A DNA stretch of 64,000 nt from the NCBI GenBank assembly GCA_030390025.1, contig CM059438.1, positions 53,384,001 to 53,448,000 on the forward strand, in the 5' to 3' direction. Shown here piece by piece: positions 38,883-52,100 of the stretch. This DNA is from Squalus acanthias (taxonomy: Eukaryota). Position 1 is the first letter of the stretch. Each line of letters opens with the position of its first letter. The notes beneath the pieces are model-generated. The model had not been told where the DNA came from. It saw only the letters and a list, made by a program, of their open reading frames with translations, and ran no database searches. A program made the position numbers and the translations under genes.

Positions 38883-39130
38883 CGCAGGTCGGAGGACCTC
38901 CTCATAGGACTGCTCCTGGGCCTGGCCAAAGTGGCCATTAATAGGTCCAGGCAGTCGAGGGGGTCGTCCGGCCCGATTGCCTGCCTCTCTTCCTATGTTC
39001 GCGGCCGGGTGGCTCTGGAGATGGAGCACGCGGTGTCCGCCAGCAAGCTCGAGGCCTTCCGGGACAGGTGGGCGTCGTGGGGACTGGAGTGCATCATCTC
39101 ACGGGTCGATGAAATTTTAATTTGATCTGA
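38883..39130 (+). mobile_element. Tx1/L1-clade LINE ORF2 C-terminal fragment
   Basis: LLLGLAKVAINRSRQ..YVRGRVALEMEHAVS...FRDRWA. Confidence 0.7.
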
Positions 39131-39664
39131 TTATTTGAAGGTCCTTTAAGTTAATGGGTATAACAAAATATGTCAAATTGTATTTGTGAACAACTTCAAA
39201 CGTTCAGTTGTCTTTAGGTAAAGAGACTGCTGGTGACCTATTTTCTCTAAAATTCACTCCACTAAATATTTGGCTTACTTAGAAATAATAAACTGGGATC
39301 ACCTTAAGTTCCAGAGCAAGCATTTGGCTTAGTGGTTCACACTCTCTCCCACCTCGGGGTCAGATGGGGCAGGGACTGAACCCAGCTCCAGACAGTCCCA
39401 GCAAGCAAACACTGGAGCTCGAAAATTCAGTGTTGACATCCAGCTGGACACTCACATCTCACACTGACAGGGAGACACACGCAGACAGACAGACAGAGAC
39501 ACAGAGGCAGCTCGGACTATCGTACTCGGCCCCTCGCCTCACCCCCAATCCTGGGCCGGGCCCACGTGTTCCCCGCCCCGTCACCGGCCGGAAAGCCTCG
39601 ATTCGCCGAAAGATGAACAACCGCGCCCGGACTGACAGACAGACAGTCTCCCTCCCGCTCTCAC

Positions 39665-39880
39665 CCAGGATCTCCCGGGGCCGCTCTCACTCTCTCCCGG
39701 TGTTTCTCACAGACTCTCCCGGGCCGGTCTCGCGGTTTCTCTCTCACTCTCTCCCGGTGTTTCTCACAGACTCTCCCGGGCCGGTCTCGCGGTTTCTCAC
39801 ACTCTGTCCCGGGCCGGGGTCTCTGGGTTTCTCTCACACTCTGTCGCGGGCCGGTTTCTCCTCTCGCTCTCTCCGGGTCT
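39665..39880 (-). other. HELLS: Probable non-coding first exon of HELLS within a CpG island, with ~57-bp internal direct repeats
   Basis: CpG-rich; donor TGG|GTGAGA at 39664; lies just downstream of the E2F site; 5' end approximate. Confidence 0.5.
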
Positions 39881-39884
39881 CGAC

Positions 39885-39970
39885 TTTCGCGCCACTTATC
39901 GGTCGAGTCCAACTGGGGGGGGAGGGGGCGACAGGCCACGTACAGTTCTACTCCTTGGGGTCCAATCAGA
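39885..39970 (-). promoter_or_regulatory. HELLS promoter: E2F site TTTCGCGCC (39885-39893), GC-box-like run, CCAAT box (39962-39966)
   Basis: Motifs read directly; HELLS is an established E2F target; located at the edge of the CpG island. Confidence 0.65.
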
Positions 39971-40156
39971 AATGTAACAGTAATTAGTGTATAAATGATG
40001 GCAAATCTAGAAACGTAATTAAAAAAATCTTTAGCCATCGTCCTCCAGTCGAGTTTTCACTTCTTGTAAATCTACTTCACTCCCTGTCCCCCCGTTTATT
40101 TCGACCGCGTGGAAAAACCCGTAACATTATCATCGAGAGGCGCGAGCAGCAATTGT

Positions 40157-42212
40157 CAGAGAGAGAGTGTGTGTGAGTGAGTGAGTGTGAGTGTGAGTGA
40201 GTGAGTGAGTGTGAGTGAGTGAGTGAGTGAGTGTGAGTGAGTGAGTGAGTGAGAGTGAGTGAGTGAGTGAGTGAGTGAGTGAGTGAGAGTGTGAGTGAGT
40301 GTGTGTGAGTGAGAGTGAGTGAGTGAGTGAGTGTGAGAGAGTGAGAGAGGTGTGAGTGAGTGAGTGAGTGAGAGTGTGAGTGAGTGAGTGTGAGGTGTGA
40401 GTGAGTGAGTGTGAGTGTGAGTGTGAGAGAGTGAGAGTGTGAGTGAGTGAGTGAGTGAGAGTGAGGTGTGAGTGAGTGAGTGTGAGGTGTGAGTGAGTGA
40501 GAGTGAGTGTGTGAGTGAGAGTGAGGGTGTGAGTGAGTGTGAGGTGTGAGTGAGTGTGAGNNNNNNNNNNNNNNNNNNNNNNNNNNNNNNNNNNNNNNNN
40601 NNNNNNNNNNNNNNNNNNNNNNNNNNNNNNNNNNNNNNNNNNNNNNNNNNNNNNNNNNNNNNNNNNNNNNNNNNNNNNNNNNNNNNNNNNNNNNNNNNNN
40701 NNNNNNNNNNNNNNNNNNNNNNNNNNNNNNNNNNNNNNNNNNNNNNNNNNNNNNNNNNNNAAAGAGAGTGTGTGAAAGAGTGAGTGAGTGTGTGAAAGAG
40801 TGAGTGAGTGTGTGAAAGAGTGAGTGAGTGTGTGAGTGAGAGTGAGTGAGTGTGTGAGAGAGTGAGTGTGTGAGAGAGAGAAAGTGTGTGTGAGAGAGAG
40901 AGTGAGTGTGTGTGAGAGAGAGTGAGTGTGTGAGAGAGAGTGAGTGTGTGAGAGAGAAAGAGTGAGTGTGTGAGAGAGAGTGTGAGAGAGAAAGGTGTGA
41001 GTGAGTGTGTGAGAGAGAGAGAGTGAGTGTGAGAGAGTGTGAGTGTGTGAGAGAGAAAGAGTGAGTGTGAGAGAGAGAGAAAGTGAGTGTGTGAGAGAAA
41101 GAGTGAGTGTGAGAGAGAGAGTGAGAGCAAGAGTGAGTGTGAGAGAAAGAGTGAGTGTGAGAGAGAGAGTGAGAGAAAGTGAGTGTGAGAGAGAAAGAGT
41201 GTGTGAGAGAGAGAGAGTGAGTGTGAGAGAGAGTGAGTGTGTGAGAGAGAGAGAGTGAGTGTGTGAGAGAGAGTGAGTGAGTGTGTGTGAGAGAGAGTGA
41301 GTGTGAGAGAGAGTGAGTGTGAGCGTGAGAGTGAGTGAGTGTGAGAAAGAGTGAGTGTGTGAGAGAGTGAGTGTGAGAGAGAGAGTGAGTGTGAGAGAGA
41401 GAGTGAGTGAGAGAGAGAGTGAGTGTGAGAGAGAGAGTGAGTGTGAGAGAGAGAGTGCGTGAGAGAGAGAGTGTGTGTGAGAGAGAGAGAGAGTGTGTGT
41501 GAGAGAGAGAGAGTGAGTGAGAGAGTGAGTGAGAGAGAGAGTGAGTGTGAGAGAGAGAGAGAGAGAGAGTGTGTGAGAGAGTGTGAGAGAGTGTGTGTGA
41601 GAGAGAGAGAGAGTGTGTGTGAGAGAGAGAGATTGTGTGTGTGAGAGAGAGAGAGAGAGAGTGAGTGTGAGAGAGAGAGTGAGTGTGAGAGAGAGAGTGA
41701 GTGTGAGAGAGAGAGTGAGTGTGAGAGAGAGAGTGAGTGAGTGAAAGAGTGAGTGTGTGAGAGAGAGTGAGTGTGTGTGAGAGAGAGAGAGAGTGTGTGA
41801 GAGAGAGAGTGTGTGAGAGAGTGTGTGTGAGAGTGAGAGTGAGAGAGTGTGTGTGAGAGAGTGAGTGTGTGAGAGAGAGTGTGAGTGTGTGAGTGAGTGT
41901 GTGAGAGAGAGAGAAAGTGAGTGTGTGTGAGAGAGAGAGAAAGTGAGTGTGAGTGAGAGAGAGAGAAAGAGTGTGAGTGTGTGAGAGAGAGAGAAAGAGT
42001 GAGTGTGTGAGAGAGAGCGAAAGAGTGAGTGTGTGAGAGAGAGAGAAAGAGTGAGTGTGTGAGAGAGAGAGAGAGTGAGTGTGTGAGAGAGAGAGAGAGA
42101 GTGAGTGTGTGAGAGAGAGAGAGAGAGTGAGTGTGTGAGAGAGAGAGAGAGAGTGAGTGTGTGAGAGAGAGAGAGAAAGAGTGTGAGTGTGTGAGAGAGA
42201 GAAAGAGTGTGA
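40157..42212. repeat. Compound (GA)n/(GT)n/(GAGT)n microsatellite spanning a 200-N assembly gap (40561-40760)
   Basis: Read directly; true length unknown. Confidence 0.97.
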
Positions 42213-42299
42213 GCCGAAGAGGAGGAATCAGACTGGAGGATGCATCCCCGACAGCCACATTGTGGCCGGGATATCCGGGATGGAATCATCTGCCTGCAG

Positions 42300-42526
42300 T
42301 CCCATTGGCTGGGCAGGCTGACTCTTCTTGTTGACCCACTGGCTGGGCAGGCTGCCTCTTCTTGTTGACCCACTGGCTGGGCAGGCTGCCTCTTCTTGTT
42401 GACCCACTGGCTGGGCAGGCTGCCTCTTCTTGTTGACCCACTGGCTGGGCAAGCTGCCTCTTCTTGTTGACCCACTGGCTGGGCAGGCTGCCTCTTCTTG
42501 TTGACCCACTGGCTGGGCAGGCTGCA
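42300..42526. repeat. 34-bp tandem repeat (cccactggctgggcaggctgcctcttcttgttga), ~6.5 copies
   Basis: Period measured at 42335/42369. Confidence 0.9.
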
Positions 42527-42619
42527 TTTCTTGGGTGTGTCGAATGAGGAAGCCACAAGAGTGGAGTTGTGCTGACGGGAAGGCGGGAAAGCAAGAGGTG
42601 CATGGCAGAAGGGGGATAA

Positions 42620-43519
42620 CGTACAAAGATACCTGCATCTTGTATCCTTTCAGCCCCGCCGCTGGCCAAGGGCTCAACCATGCCCCTGCCAAGAATGGCC
42701 AGCACCGTCTCCTCCAAGGGGGTGAGCTGAGGCTAGGAATGGGAGATGTGCCTCGTCATTGGTGCAGATTGTCGGTAGGTGACTGGGGTTTGTGCATTGA
42801 GCAGTGTGTGAGGCTAGTGGTGCAGTTGGTAGGAGACAGCTTTTGAAGATGCTTTCACTGACCTTGACCAGTGGTCTGAGGTCATGAAACTTCTTTGGGC
42901 ACTGGAGCCAGGTGGTGGGAGTGACGGCCTTAGTGATGTACTTCCACATCGTTCTTTCTGGAGGGCCTCCTGGCCCCTGTGAGTAGAAGGCCGCTCTAGC
43001 AGTGTTGACCCCCTGCACAAAGCTGGAGTGCTGAGTGTGCACCTTCCCTGGCTTGCTGAGCAATTTGTGTTAGTGCTGAGGCGGTTTGCTATTTGTTGAG
43101 GTTAGGAAGGTAATTCAGCTTTAACAGCTGAATATTCACATTTGGAACTTCTTTAAAATATTGACTAATTCTTAAAAGGCAGAAAGGGTTGAAAAATGTA
43201 TGGATTCACTGCATTTTATTTTGTATCGCTTCAGTGTGCGTGGCCCCTTTAATTCTCAGACCTCTTCATTGCCCACAATTCCCTGCGAGCTCCACAGCTT
43301 CGCTCCCAGAGGCTGTGGGAAGCTGCAACACCGGACCTGGACAGGAACTTCGTCCCGGATCCCTCCAGCAACGCCACTAGGACAGTGTTGCACGGAAGGT
43401 GAGGGCTGCGCCACCTATCTCCATGCCCCCCAGACCAATTTCACTCGGTTAGCGTTGCGGCCGTTAACAGCAGTTGCCAGTGACACCGGCAACTTTGCCG
43501 GCGAGCACGAATTTTTCCC
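42620..43519 (-). mobile_element. PIF/Harbinger-derived element with decayed Myb/SANT-like ORF
   Basis: FVQGV..R..FY....W..I..AV..TWLQC.KKFHDL.PLVK|gt, downstream LEETVLAILG exon, terminus gaatttttccc; duplicate at 49121-49870. Confidence 0.7.
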
Positions 43520-43864
43520 ACAGTTTGTTTCATAAGAACGTAAGAATTATGAACAGGATAGGCCATACAGCCCTTCGAGCCTGCTCCGCCATTCAATAAT
43601 ATCATGGCTGATCTTTGACCTCAACTCCACTTTCCTACCCGATCCCCATATCCCTTGATTCCCCATGAGTCCAAAAATCTATCTATCTCAACAACTGAGC
43701 ATCCGCAGCCCTTTAGGGTAGAGAATTCCAAAGATTCACAACACTCTTGAGTAAAGAAATGGCCGACCCCTTATCCTGAAACTATGGCCCCTAGTTGTAG
43801 ACTCTCCAGCCAGGGGAAAACAACCTCTCAGCATCAACCCTGTCAATCCCCCTCAGAATCTTAC

Positions 43865-44564
43865 GGGGGAAAAAATTAGGTATCGACGATTTTGGGGCGC
43901 TAACTTCAGTGCCCGGCGCTAATTAGCGCCGGCGACCGCAAAATTGAGTTTTAGCGCCCCAAGAAGGAAGGGGAACGCTAAATCAAGCGCTCCACTTCAT
44001 TCCTGGAGCGCGACAGGCAGCAGGTGGGGCGGAAGTTGAGCAGCGCTGCTGCGTTGGAAGACTCCTTCCCTCCCTTAAAGGGAAGGGCCATCGCTGCAGG
44101 CTCTGCGAGGAACAAACTTACCTGCTCCCCAACAGTAGCCGCGATCCGGCCCGATCAGCAGAGTGCGGGCTGATCGATGGCTGGCGACAAAATAAAAAGC
44201 GCAAAGAGAATTTCAGAATTTTTTTACCCTACCTCGGCCACCTCACCTTTAAGTTTCGCCCCCGAAGCGTCCGGCCTTGCGATCTACGCCTCCTGCAACT
44301 GGCGTTATCATTGCCCAGCGATGCTGCAGGTGGTGGAAATGAAATTTCGGGTCCGGGGCACTACCGGGGCAATGTGCAGCCTGATGACATCACGATCTCC
44401 GGGCGCAGGATAACGTGATGCTAGGAGTTACCGCCACCGCAAACCGCCAGGTGAATTTCACGGGTGGAGGTAATATCGCCTCACCCGTGCGGTAAGTCCA
44501 TAGTGCGCCATTATCGCCCCCGGAGGCACTAACGGGAGGCGCTATGGCACCGAATTTCTAGCCC
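43865..44564. mobile_element. Non-autonomous GC-rich DNA transposon (Harbinger-type MITE) nested in a minus-strand CR1 (43535-44630)
   Basis: CR1 sequence 'cctcagaatctta|..|atgtttcaatgagatc' is split; ends GGGGGAAAAAATT / GAATTTCTAGCCC. Confidence 0.65.
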
Positions 44565-44639
44565 AATATGTTTCAATGAGATCAACTCTCATTCTTCTAA
44601 ACCCCAGAGAGTATAGGCCCAATCTACTTGTACTTGTAG

Positions 44640-45130
44640 TCGCCCTCCTGGTGTGTGTCAGTTTCTCCTGCAAGAAGAGAGGAGGTAGGTTAGCGTGTGC
44701 CCTGTTGAAGAGTTTTCAACATGTCTGAGGCAGCTTAGCATAGTGTGCGTGATGAGAGGCAGAAACAGCAAGTGTGGCCGAGAGAGCAGTCGCAGGTCTT
44801 GAGTGTGGGAGTCTTACCTTGGCAGTCTTGGTGCGGTCATCAGATTTCTTCCTGCACTGCAGCAAAGTCCTGGGGACAATACTGGTGGCATTGATTTCCA
44901 CTTCCACCTCACTTCATTCCTGTTGACTCATTTGTCTGGGCACCTGTCACCCATCGGAGGGAACGAGGACCTACGTTCTGCTGCTCACCTGCTCTGTGAG
45001 CATCTCCATGGCTGTATTAGAGAATTTAAGGGCCCTGGGCAAACCCATGCTGCCTGTTGCTTCAGAAAATCACTTTCTTCTAACCACCATTGAAAAGTGC
45101 TCCTCCACTTTAAAGGGCTGCAGGCTAATA
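44640..45130 (-). mobile_element. Second Harbinger Myb/SANT-like relic
   Basis: EINATSIVPRTLLQCRKK.DD.TKTAK|gtaag. Confidence 0.6.
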
Positions 45131-45959
45131 ACATAGTGCTGCAGTGTTACAACTTGTACAGGGAGTTGTAGATTGCACCCAGTTGGGCATATACGCTCCC
45201 TTCATCAATCTCATCAACAGGAAAGGATTCACTTGCTGACTGCACTCATTTGTGGGATGCAGCATCTTACTCTGGAAGCGAAGGCTCTCTTTCCTTGCAG
45301 TGGACCTGATGGCTTCGTTTTCAGGCAGCCCACTGATCCTTCACTTTGTCCAGAACTTCACTATGTAAACCATCAGGCAATGACCAGTGCCTGTACAGAT
45401 TCTGGGAGATCCAGGCCACCCTCTGCAGCCATGGCTAATCTACCAGTGAGTTTTATGTAAGCAAAATGTCCAGAGATGTCTCTAAAACGGAATTTCCAGC
45501 AATCCCACCGAACTATGGGAAAACAGAAAGGGTTAATGCTAAGAACCACTGTGAGGACAAAAAACCTTTCACAGTAATTAGCTGGTTCCAACTAACGACT
45601 GGAACCAAACCCCACCCAGGCGTGTCAAAGGGTGAATGAAGAGTAATGTTCTGATGACCTTTACCTTGTCCTGTCACCACTGTTGTGACTCACAGCCATG
45701 AAAGGAGTACGACAAATGACCCTGAAGACCTGGTTCTTATCTGCATTGTCTTAATGTAGGGAGTTATGGCCCCAAAGTAAACTGTGTTTCAGCTGATGGA
45801 TCAATCTGGGGTTCTTCTGAATGATGTACATCAGGCATTTCCTTGGGGGGGGGTCTCCCAATCGACCACCATAACTTCAGTGGAACATTAAAACACCCAA
45901 GGTAATTTACTCTGGGTGTTCCTGCTCTACCCTGTCCCCCCTCACTTTCCCTGATGGTT

Positions 45960-47200
45960 ACAGACTTGATTGAATTCAGTGAAGAATTAACAGAAAAAAT
46001 AGACAAGGGCAATGCAGTGGATGTGGTATAAATGGACTTTGAAAAGGTTTTCGATAAGGTGACACATAAGACCCATGACAAAGTTCAGGACGTGTTGAGT
46101 CGGAGGCCAGGTAGCAGGATGGACTGAATGATGGCTACAGAACAGAAAACAGAGGGTAGGAGTTAAGGGAAGTTTCTCAGACTGGTGGGAAGGGGTGTCC
46201 CTCAGGGATCCGTGCTGGGACCACTCTTGTTCACCATATACAGAAATGATCTTGTCTCGGGAATTAGAGGTATGGTCTCGAAATATCCAGATGATACCAA
46301 ATTGGGGTTGTAGCTAATAATGAGGAGAACTGAACCAAAATACAGAAAGACATAAACAGGCTTGCAGAGTGGGTGGATCAATGGCAACTGAAATTCAATA
46401 TAGCAAAGTGTTCAGTGTCATCTTTTGATAGGAGGAATAAGGAGGCCTATTATTCATTAGAAGTAAGAAACTAAATGGGGTAGAAGAGCAAAGGGATCTG
46501 GAAATACAGATACCTAAATCACTAAATGTAGAAACGCAAATGGAAAATGCCATAAAGAGTGCAATCAAAGTATCGAGGTTCATTTCTAGAGGAACCAAAC
46601 ACAAAAGCAGGGAGGTGATAAATTTCTATCGAACCTTAGAGAGGCCAGGCTTGGAGCAGTGTGTGCAGTTCGGGTCTCCATTCTACAGAAAGGATATTGA
46701 AGCACTGGAGAATGTGCAGCAAAGATTTACAAGGATGTTACAAGAGTAGAGAGGATACAACCATCAGGAATGATTGAGCAGATTCAGGCTGTTTTCTCTG
46801 GAAAAGCGAAGACTAAGAGGGGACCCGGAGGAAGTCTAAAATTATGAAGGGGTTCAGTGGGGTGGAAGTGGAGAAACTGTTTCCACTTGTGTGTGACTCC
46901 AGAACAAGGGGGCATAAATATAAGATAGCCACTTAGAGATCATATTGATTTTAGGAGGAATTGCTTTAAAAAGAGATCGGTGAGAATGAGGAACTCACTG
47001 CCACAGGCTTGAAGCAGAGAGTATTGATGAATTTAAAGGGAGGCTTGATGTATACATGAAGGAGAAGGGAATGGAGGGACACAGGCTGGGTGGGTAAAGG
47101 TCATTAGCTTGGGAGGAGGCTCGTGTGGAGTATAAACACCAGCATAGACCAGTTGGGCCGAATGGCCAGTTTGTGGGCTGTAGATTGGATGTAATTTTAT
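45960..47200 (+). mobile_element. Old CR1 LINE RT and 3' fragment
   Basis: [31 protein letters not shown]; many disablements. Confidence 0.85.
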
Positions 47201-49120
47201 GTAACACACAAGCTCTAACAAGCTGGTAAAATTCATCCCCACTGAACTTCTCAGAATTATATGATGCAATTATTTATAAAGTGCCAGGTTCAGCTACACT
47301 CTGCTCCTATCTTGTGACTTGCAAAACACGAATTTTACAAAACAAATTAAAAGGCTGACATGTGCACAGAGCTCCCTTACGCTGGGTGCCGTGTCCCAGA
47401 TCAACCAATCTTAGTAAGTGCCATATTCTGAGCTTGGTTATGTCTGCGTCAGTTCCTTATTTGTACAATGTCCGTGAGCTGCTCGTAGTCCTTCACTGCC
47501 GACAACACACAGAGGGAGTAGAGTGTCTGATTCCAGCCTGTGCGACTTTCGCCTAATCTCACTCTGTGACTCTCCACTCTGTCCAGATCCCTTGACTGGA
47601 GTTTGGAGCGAGGGAAGTTTGAGGCTCGTGAAGTTTGTTGAATTGCAGGTAAGTGTGAACGGTGAGGCGGGTTTCAATTTACACTTGTTGCGTGGACTCG
47701 CTGAGCCTTGGCTCTGCCAACCTGCATTTCAGTTCTCTGGTTTAGGTAAGTGGGGAGGGTCTCTACGGGGAGAGAGTGTGTGCTCAGTATCAAGCAGACA
47801 GAGACTCCCTGTTTGGGTTTAGGTAAGAACATAAGAATTAGGAGCAGGAGTAGGTCAAACGGCCCCTCGAGCCTGCTCCGCCATTCAGTAAGATCATGGC
47901 TGATCTTCTACCTCAGCTCTTACTTTCCCACACTATCCCCGTATCCCTTGATTCGCTGAGAGCCCAAAAATATATTTACAACAACAACAACAACTTGTAT
48001 TTATATAGTGCCTTTAACATAGTAAAACATCCCAAGGCGCTTCACAGTAGCGTTATCAGACAAAATTTGACAGCGAGCCAGAAAAGGAGATATTGGGACA
48101 GGTGAGGGTCACCGAGGTAGGTTTTAAGCAGCATCTTAAAGGAGAGGCGGAGAGGTTTAGGAAGGGATTTCCAGAGCTTAGGGCCGAGGTAGCTGAAGGC
48201 ACGGCCGCCAATGGTGGAGCAATTAAAATCTGGGATGCTCAAGAGGCCAGAATTGGAGGAGCGCAGAGATCTCGGGGGTTGTAGGACTGGAGGAGATTAC
48301 AGAGATAAGGAGGGGCGAGTCCATGGAGGGATTTGAGAACAAGCGAGAGTGATGCAGAATATAGAGACTTTGCTATGCTTAGGCTTAGAGTTCTTCATCC
48401 TGACAGTATGGTCTAGAAGTGGGTCATATAGCGCCTGTTTATCAGGTGCTACGCGACCTTCTAAGTCCCCAAACTGGCGGGCAGGAAGCACGAGCACACA
48501 TCCGACCGTAAGTGGGCCACCTGTCATATTGGTAAGGACAAACATGAGGCGTCTTTTACCCACACCTGGAGCAGGCATTAGCCTCTTTGCAAACACAAAT
48601 GAGGTGCAGAGCACCTGCTCCCGGTCCCTGCTGCAAGATTCGTTTGCCCCAGGACAGCCTGCGTAGGCGGCACTCATAGAAACCTGGCCCAGGGATTGCC
48701 GTCAGAAAAAGGTAAGTTATTACCAGTAAAGTACCATCCTGATCGCTACCCCTCTGGCCCCAAGACCCACAATCGTCCCCGAGACACACGATCGCACCTT
48801 GAGTCCCGCACTCGATCCCCGAGACCTACGACTTACACGCGGTGTGAATTGGGCACAGGTTACTATAGGCACGATGTAAATCGGGCGTTGTGAAAATCAG
48901 GCGCAGTGTAAATCGGCCGTGATGTAAATCGGGCACGGTGTAAAAAGGGCGTGGTTTAAATCAGGCGAGCGGTCAAACGGTTGCGGTGTAAAATGGGCGT
49001 GATATAAATCAGGCACGGTGTAAATTGGCCGTCGTGTAAAATGGACGGGGTGTAATTCTGGCACGGCGTAAATCGGGCGAGGAGTAAATTGGACGCGGTG
49101 TAAATTGGACGCGGTGTAAA

Positions 49121-52100
49121 TTGGGGTTGTGCATTGAGCAGTGTGTGAGGCTAGTGGTGCAGTTGGTAGGAGACGGCTTTTGAAGATGCTTTCACTGACC
49201 TTGACCACTGGTCTGAAGTCATGAAGCTTCTTTGGGCGCTGGAGCCAGGTGGTGGGAGTGACGGCCTTAGTGATGTACTTCCACATTGTTCTTTCTGGAG
49301 GGCTTCCTGGCCCCTGTGAGTAGAGGGCCGCTCTTGCACAGTTGACCCCCTGCACAAAGCTGGAGTGCTGAGTGTGCACCTTCCCTGGCTTGCTGAGCCG
49401 TTTGTGTTAGTGCTGAGGCAGTTTTCCTATTTGTTGAGGTTAGGAAGGTAATTCAGCTTTAACAGCTGAATATTCACATTTGGAACTTCTTTTAAATATT
49501 GACTAATTCTTAAAAGGCAGAAAGGGCTGAAAAATGTATGGATTCACTGCATTTTATTTTGTATCGCTTCAGTGTGCGTGGCCCCTTTAATTCTCAGACC
49601 TCTTCATTGCCCACAATTCCCTGCGAGCTCCACAGCTTCGCTCCCAGAGGCTGTGGGAAGCTGCAACACCGGACCTGGACAGGAACTTCGTCCCGGATCC
49701 CGCCAGCAACGCCACTCGGACAGTGTTGCACGGAAGGTGAGGGCTGCGCCACCTATCTCCATGCCCCCCAGACCAATTTCACTCGGTTAGCGTTGCGGCC
49801 ATTTCCAGCGGCCATTAACTGCAGTTGCCAGTGATACCGGCAACTTTGCTGGCAAACACAAATTTTCCCTCATTGTGTTTCATAAGAACATAAAATTAGG
49901 AGCAGGATAGGCCATACAGCCCTTCGAGCCTGCTCTGCCATTCAATAAGATCATGGCTGATCTTCGACCTCAACTCCACTTTCCTGCCTGATCCCCATAT
50001 CCTGTGATTCCTCTAGAGTCCAAAAATCTATCTGTCTCAATGACTGAGCATCTACAACCCTTTGGGGCAGAGAATTCCAAAGATTCGCGATACTTCGAGT
50101 GAAGAAATTCCTCCTCATCTCAGTCTTAAATGGCTGACCCCTTATCCTGAGACTATGGCTCCTAGTTCTAGACTCTCCAGCCAGGGGAAAACAACCTCTC
50201 AGTATCAACCCTGTCAATTGAGTTTTAGCGCACCAAGAGGGAACTGGAGTGCTAAGTCAAGCGCCCCACTTCATTCCTGGCGGAAGTTGAGCTGCGCTGC
50301 CGCGTTGGAAGACTCCTTCCCTCCCTTAAAGGGAAGGGCCATCTCTGCAGGCTCTGCGAGGAACAAACTTACCTGCTCCCCAACAGCAGCCGCAATCTGG
50401 CCCGATCAGCAAACTCGCCGTTTTCTGTCCTTAAGCCAATTTCTTATCCAAGCTGCCACTGACCCACCTATTCCATGAGCCTCAATTTTGTTAACCAGCC
50501 TTCTATGTGGTACTTTGTCAAACGCCTTCCGAAAATCCATGTAGACAACATCCATTGCATTCCCTTCATCGATCCTCCCTGTTACTTCATCAAAAAATTC
50601 AATTGGATGAGTCAAACACGATCTGCCTTTTACAAATCCGTGTTGGCTCTCCTTAATTAGCTTAAACCTCTCCAAGTGCCCGTTAATTTTTTCCTTGATT
50701 TTTCTGTTAATGCATTGATTTCATAGCCTGTTCCCACAGAACTTCAATAAGCTTGTTTTCCATATCTGTTGAAAGACAATTGGCAGCTTTTACAGCTTAT
50801 GAGTCAAAGTTTATTTTGCAAAGTTCTCACAGCAACCAGTCTTTGTCCTCGCGAAGCATGATGGTAAAATTTGGTCACTTTTAGATTCAGTCAAGGTTAC
50901 CATGACAGTGTTACACGGGACACAGGCTGGGTGGGTAAAGGTCATTAGATTGGGAGGAGGCTCGTGTGGACCAGTTGGGCCGAATGGCCAGTTTGTGGGC
51001 TGTAGATTGGATGTAATTTTATGTAACACACAAGCTCTAACAAGCTGGTAAAATTCATCCCCACTGAACTTCTCAGAATTATATGATGCAATTATTTATA
51101 AAGTGCCAGGTTCAGCAACACTCTGCTCCTATCTTGTGACTTGCAAAACACGAATTTTACAAAACAAATTAAAAGGCTGACATGTGCACAGAGCTCCCTT
51201 ACGCTGGGTGCCGTGTCCCAGATCAACCAATCTTAGTAAGTGCCATATTCTGAGCTTGATTATGTCTGCGTCAGTTCCTTATTTGCACAATGTCCGTGAG
51301 CTGCTCGTAGTCCTTCACTGCCGACAACACACAGAGGGAGTAGAGTGTCTGTTTCCAGCCTGTGCGACTTTCGCCTAATCTCACTCTGTGACTCTCCACT
51401 CTGTCCAGATCCCTTGACTGGAGTTTGGAGCGAGGGAAGTTTGAGGCTCGTGAAGTTTGTTGAATTGCAGGTAAGTGTGAACGGTGAGGCGGGTTTCAAT
51501 TTACACTTGTTGCGTGGACTCGCTGAGCCTTGGCTCTGCCAACCTGCATTTCAGTTCTCTGGTTTAGGTAAGTGGGGAGGGTCTCTACGGGGAGAGAGTG
51601 TGTGCTCAGTATCAAGCAGACAGAGACTCCCTGTTTGGGTTTAGGTAAGAACATAAGAATTAGGAGCAGGAGTAGGTCAAACGGCCCCTCGAGCCTGCTC
51701 CGCCACTCAGTAAGATCATGGCTGATCTTCTACCTCAGCTCTACTTTCCCGCATTATCCCCGTATCCCTTGATTCCCTGAGAGCCCAAAAATATATTTAC
51801 AACAACAACTTGTATTTATATAGTGCCTTTAACATAGTAAAACATCCCAAGGCGCTTCACAGTAGCGTTATCAGACAAAATTTGACAGCGAGCCAGAAAA
51901 GGAGATATTGGGACAGGCGAGGGTCACCGAGGTAGGTTTTAAGGAGCATCTTAAAGGAAAGGCGGAGAGGTTTAGGGAGGGAATTCCAGAGCGTAAGGCT
52001 TAGGCAGCTGAAAGCACGGCCACCAATGGTGGAGCAATTAAAATCTGGGATGCGCAAGAGGCCGGAATTGGAGGAGCGCAGAGATCCCGGTGGGTTTTAG

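Larger units (their letters stand above)
42784..49120. other. Tandem segmental duplication, copy 1
   Basis: 42784-44160 matches 49121-50410; 47076-48900 matches 50918-53570. Confidence 0.85.

Noticed and set aside
40130..42556. 808/700 aa Ser-Leu-Thr-His ORFs
   Set aside because: Microsatellite translation running through an N gap
42674..49379. Myb/SANT ORFs as a domesticated gene
   Set aside because: Key residues decayed, fragmentary, embedded in TE context; no partner Harbinger nuclease ORF seen
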